A stretch of DNA of 61,040 nucleotides, counting the filler, from Callorhinchus milii (lineage: Eukaryota), in assembly GCF_018977255.1 (NCBI RefSeq). It is 2 parts of 2 records of this genome, joined end to end, with 100 filler letters (N's around TTAATTAATTAA, not from the genome) between each part and the next. Parts side by side here need not be neighbours in the genome. Positions count along the whole stretch, not along the records: positions 30,674 to 61,040 come from NW_024705634.1; 1 more part is not named here. One strand, 5' to 3'. A model generated the notes under the pieces. That model had not been told where the DNA came from and made no database searches. It saw only the letters and a program-made list of their open reading frames with translations. The position numbers were made by a program, and so were the translations under genes. Shown here one piece after another: positions 57,615 to 61,040 of the stretch (positions within the stretch are counted from its first letter, which is position 1; every line of letters begins with the position of its first letter).

Positions 57615-59000
57615 GGCTTTGAAAAAGGAAATGAGAGCGGAAAAAAGATTATACGAGAAAAGGTTAGCGACTGACATTAAAGGGAACCCTAAAATATTTC
57701 ACAAACGTATCAAGAAAAAAAAAGGCTCATCAAAGGTAGGGTGGGGCCAAGTAAGGACCGAGGGGGAAATCTTCCTGTGGAGGCGGAGGCCACGGCTGAT
57801 GTGCTGAATGAGTGCTTTGCATCTGTCTTCACAAAAGAAGTGGATGCACCAAATGCCGCAGTATCGGAGGAGAGGGCAGAGGAAACGGAGAGGATAAGTA
57901 TAAACAGAGAGGAAGTACTGGAAAGGTTATCTGGGCTGAAGGTGATAAGTTGCCCGGTCCGGACGGGACGCAGTCGAGGTTACTATGGGAGGTACGGGTA
58001 CAAATAGCGGAGGCTTTGGCTACAATTTTTCAATCTTCGTTGGACACAGGAGTGGTGCCCGAGGACTGGAGAGTGGCCAATGTGACTCCTCTGTACAAAA
58101 AGGGGCAGAAGGACAAACCTGGGACCTCCAGGCCAGTCCCTGACATCAGTAGTGGGGAAACTCCTGGAGACTATACTCCGGGACAGAATAAATCTTCACT
58201 TAGAAGAATATGGGTTAATTAGGGACAGCCAACACGGATTTGTTAAAGGCAAATCTTGTCCGACAAATCTAATAGAATTGTTCGATGAGGTAACGGAGAG
58301 GGGATAAAGGCAGTGAAGTTGATGTCGTTTCAAAAGGCATTTGACAAAGTGTCACATGAAAGACTTGTAAGAAAGATAGAAGCCGTTGGTATAAAAGGGA
58401 CAGTGGCAGCGGATCCAGAACTCACTGGGAGACAGAGAGCAGAGAGTTGTGGTGAACGGCTGCTTTTCTGACTGGAGGGAAGTGTACAGTGGTGTCCCCC
58501 AGGGATTGGTATTAGGACCACTGCTCTTCTTAATATACATAAATGATCTGGACTTGGGTATAGCCAGTACCATCTCCAAGTTTGCGGACGACACAAGGTT
58601 GGGTAGGGCGGTAAACAGTGAGAAGGATAGGAGTCGACTGCAGGAAGACATAGACAGATGGTAAAATGGGCGACACATGGCAGAGGAGTTTCAATGTGGA
58701 GAAATGCAGGTAATACATTTTGGTAGAAAGAATGAGGGGCAATATAGGCGGTAATACAATCTACAAGAGTCAGGAGGTGATGATTAACCCATATAAACAC
58801 TGGTTAGGCCTCAGTTAGAATACTGCCCCAGTTCTGGGCACTGCACTATAGGGAGGATGTTAAGGCATTGGAAAGGGTACAGAGGAGATTTATGAGGATG
58901 GTACCAGGAATGAGGGACTTTGATGATGAGGAAAGGCTGGAGAGGCCGGGATTATTCTCATTGGAGCAGAGAAGGTTAAGAGGAGAACTGATAGAGGTCT
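57615..59000 (+). mobile_element. CR1 LINE ORF2 fragment (frameshifted)
   Basis: [37 protein letters not shown] and FADDTRLG motifs. Confidence 0.92.
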
Positions 59001-59009
59001 TAACATAAC

Positions 59010-60140
59010 ATAACATAACATGTAGGAGCAGGAGGAGGCCATTCGGCCCTTCGAACCTCTGCCCCGCCCTATTCAATCATGGCTGATCTTCTAATCTAAC
59101 TCCAGCTAATAACCTGACGCTGCCTTATCCCCATATCCCTTAATACCTTTTGCAATAAGAAATCTATCTCAGTCTTGAATATGTTCAAGGTCTGAGCGTC
59201 AACAGCCCTTTGAGGTAGTGAGTTCCATACATTCACTGCCCTTTGAGTGAAGAAGTTCTTCCTCAACTCAGTGCGAAAGGGCTGCCTCTGATTTTAAGGT
59301 TGTGACCTCTGGTTTTAGTTTCTCCAAACGGGGAAACAATCTCCCACTATCTACTCTATGCCCTTTGATGATCCTATAGGTTTCTATAAGATCCCCTCTA
59401 ATTCTTCTATATTCTAGAGAATATAGGCCCAAATTGGTCAGCCTATCCTCGTAACTCATCCCCTCCATCCCTGGCACTAACCCAGTAAATCTACGCTGCG
59501 CCCCCTCCAAGGGAAGTTCATCCTTCCTTAAATAAGGAACCAAAACTGCCCACAGTATTCCAGGTGTGGTCTCACAGGGCCCTATACAGTTGCAGTGAGA
59601 CTTCCCTACTCTTATTCTCTAATCCTTTCATAATGAACTCTAACATACCGTTCCCCTTCCTAATCGCTGCTGCACCTGCAGAATAACTTCCTGTAACTGG
59701 TGTACAAGGACATCGCTCTGGACGCCAACACATTCAAATCTCTCCCCTTCTAAAAAATAACCCGCTCTACTGCTTTTGCTCCCGAGGCGGATGACTTCGC
59801 ACTTCCCTACATTATAGTTCATGTCCCACCCACCGGCCCAATCACCTCACCTATCTATGTTGCGCTGCATTTTTTTAATGTCATCCTCTGTGTTGACATT
59901 GTTGACACTTACTCCTAGTTTTGTGTCATCCGTGAATTCAGATATATTAACTTTGATGTCCTCATCTCTATCGTTGATGTAGATGGTAAATAGCTGAGGC
60001 CCGAGGACTGATCCTTGTGGCACTCCACTAGTCACATCCCTCCAATATGAAAAGGACCCGTTTATTCCTACTCTTTGTTTCCTTCCCGTTAACCATTCCC
60101 CAATCCACGTTAATATGCTCCCCCCAATTCCATGGGCCCC
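59010..60140 (-). mobile_element. CR1 LINE 3' fragment
   Basis: [36 protein letters not shown] and RGDLIETY motifs, with a CR1 3' UTR (gaatggcctcctcctgctcc) and short-repeat tail. Confidence 0.9.
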
Positions 60141-60762
60141 TATAATAATAATCATAGAATCACAGAATCATAGAATCGTACAGCACAAAAAGAGGCCATT
60201 CGGCCCATGGAGTCTGTGCGGCTCTTTGAAAAGAGCAAAGTAATGTCAGGTATTTGAGGAGGACGGGTTTGTAGGGTTATGGGGAAAGGGCCGGGGAGTG
60301 GGACTGACATTAATTGCTCTATTCGAAGAGTCGTCACAGAACACCCACACACACACCCACACACACCCACACGCACCCACCCACACGCACTCACCTATCC
60401 ACACACATGCACCCACCCACACGCACCCACCCACACCCACCCACCCACACCCACCCACACGCATATACAAACATTCACTGACGTTCTCTGTCTCTCTTTG
60501 TCTCTTTCTTTCTGACTCTCCGCTGACACCTTCTCTCTCTCCCTTTTCCAGGCACTTGCCTCTCTCTCTATGAGTTGTTCAAAGCCGCTCTTCCCAGGAA
60601 AACGAAATGAGGGAAAACATTCCCGGCTTTTCCGGCTCCGGCCCTAACCGTTCCTGGGGTTTTCCCGGGATCATAAATTGTCGACAATGAAAAAAATTCC
60701 CATTTCTGTCTGGGATTAAAGACTTTCCCTCTCTCTCTCTCCCTTCCCCCTTCCTGTCTCCC

Positions 60763-60794
<32 letters not shown>

Positions 60795-60861
60795 CCCTTT
60801 TCCCCCTTCGTTTCTCCCTCTCCCTCCCTCTCTCTTCCCCTCTCCCCCTTCCCGTCCTCCC

Positions 60862-60896
<35 letters not shown>

Positions 60897-61040
60897 GACA
60901 CTATTAAATTCATCAATAGAACAACAACAGCATTGTTTGTGTGATATAAAAATTATATTATTAATAATAATAATCATAATCATAGAATCACAGAATCATA
61001 GAATCGTACAGCGCAAAAAGAGGCCATTCGGCCCATGGAG

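Noticed and set aside
57615..60140. Tail-to-tail CR1 pair as a composite element
   Set aside because: Two diverged, independently decayed fragments with no shared TSD; ordinary in CR1-rich genomes.

Overview
This is eukaryotic (vertebrate-like) genomic DNA made of two segments joined by an artificial 100-bp linker (44 N + TTAATTAATTAA + 44 N, 30574-30673), so the halves need not be neighbours. LEFT (1-30573) is a tandem macro-duplication of a ~14.3-14.5 kb unit with homologous starts at 1, 14504 and 28782. The two complete units carry a C2H2 zinc-finger array with an acidic, VKxE-rich C-terminal tail, and both main copies have stops or frameshifts. All three units carry an antisense gypsy-like gag/protease relic. 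CRE-rich first-exon-like modules recur, and there are unit-specific TE insertions: hAT and Tigger MITEs, solo LTRs, and a PIF/Harbinger-like element hosting a Penelope RT/GIY-YIG fragment. Inserted in that Penelope fragment is a ~450-bp palindrome with a 14-bp TSD. It carries two back-to-back minimal hammerhead ribozymes around an octamer/TATA core and is the most striking element in the window. RIGHT (30674-61040) looks like cartilaginous-fish DNA rich in Deu-type SINEs, L2 and CR1. It contains an ADAD2-like gene (minus, 11 coding exons, one apparent 1-nt frameshift) divergent from a complete 7-coding-exon SNAP25-like gene (plus, single 5-Cys exon 5). All calls were made by eye, without database searches.
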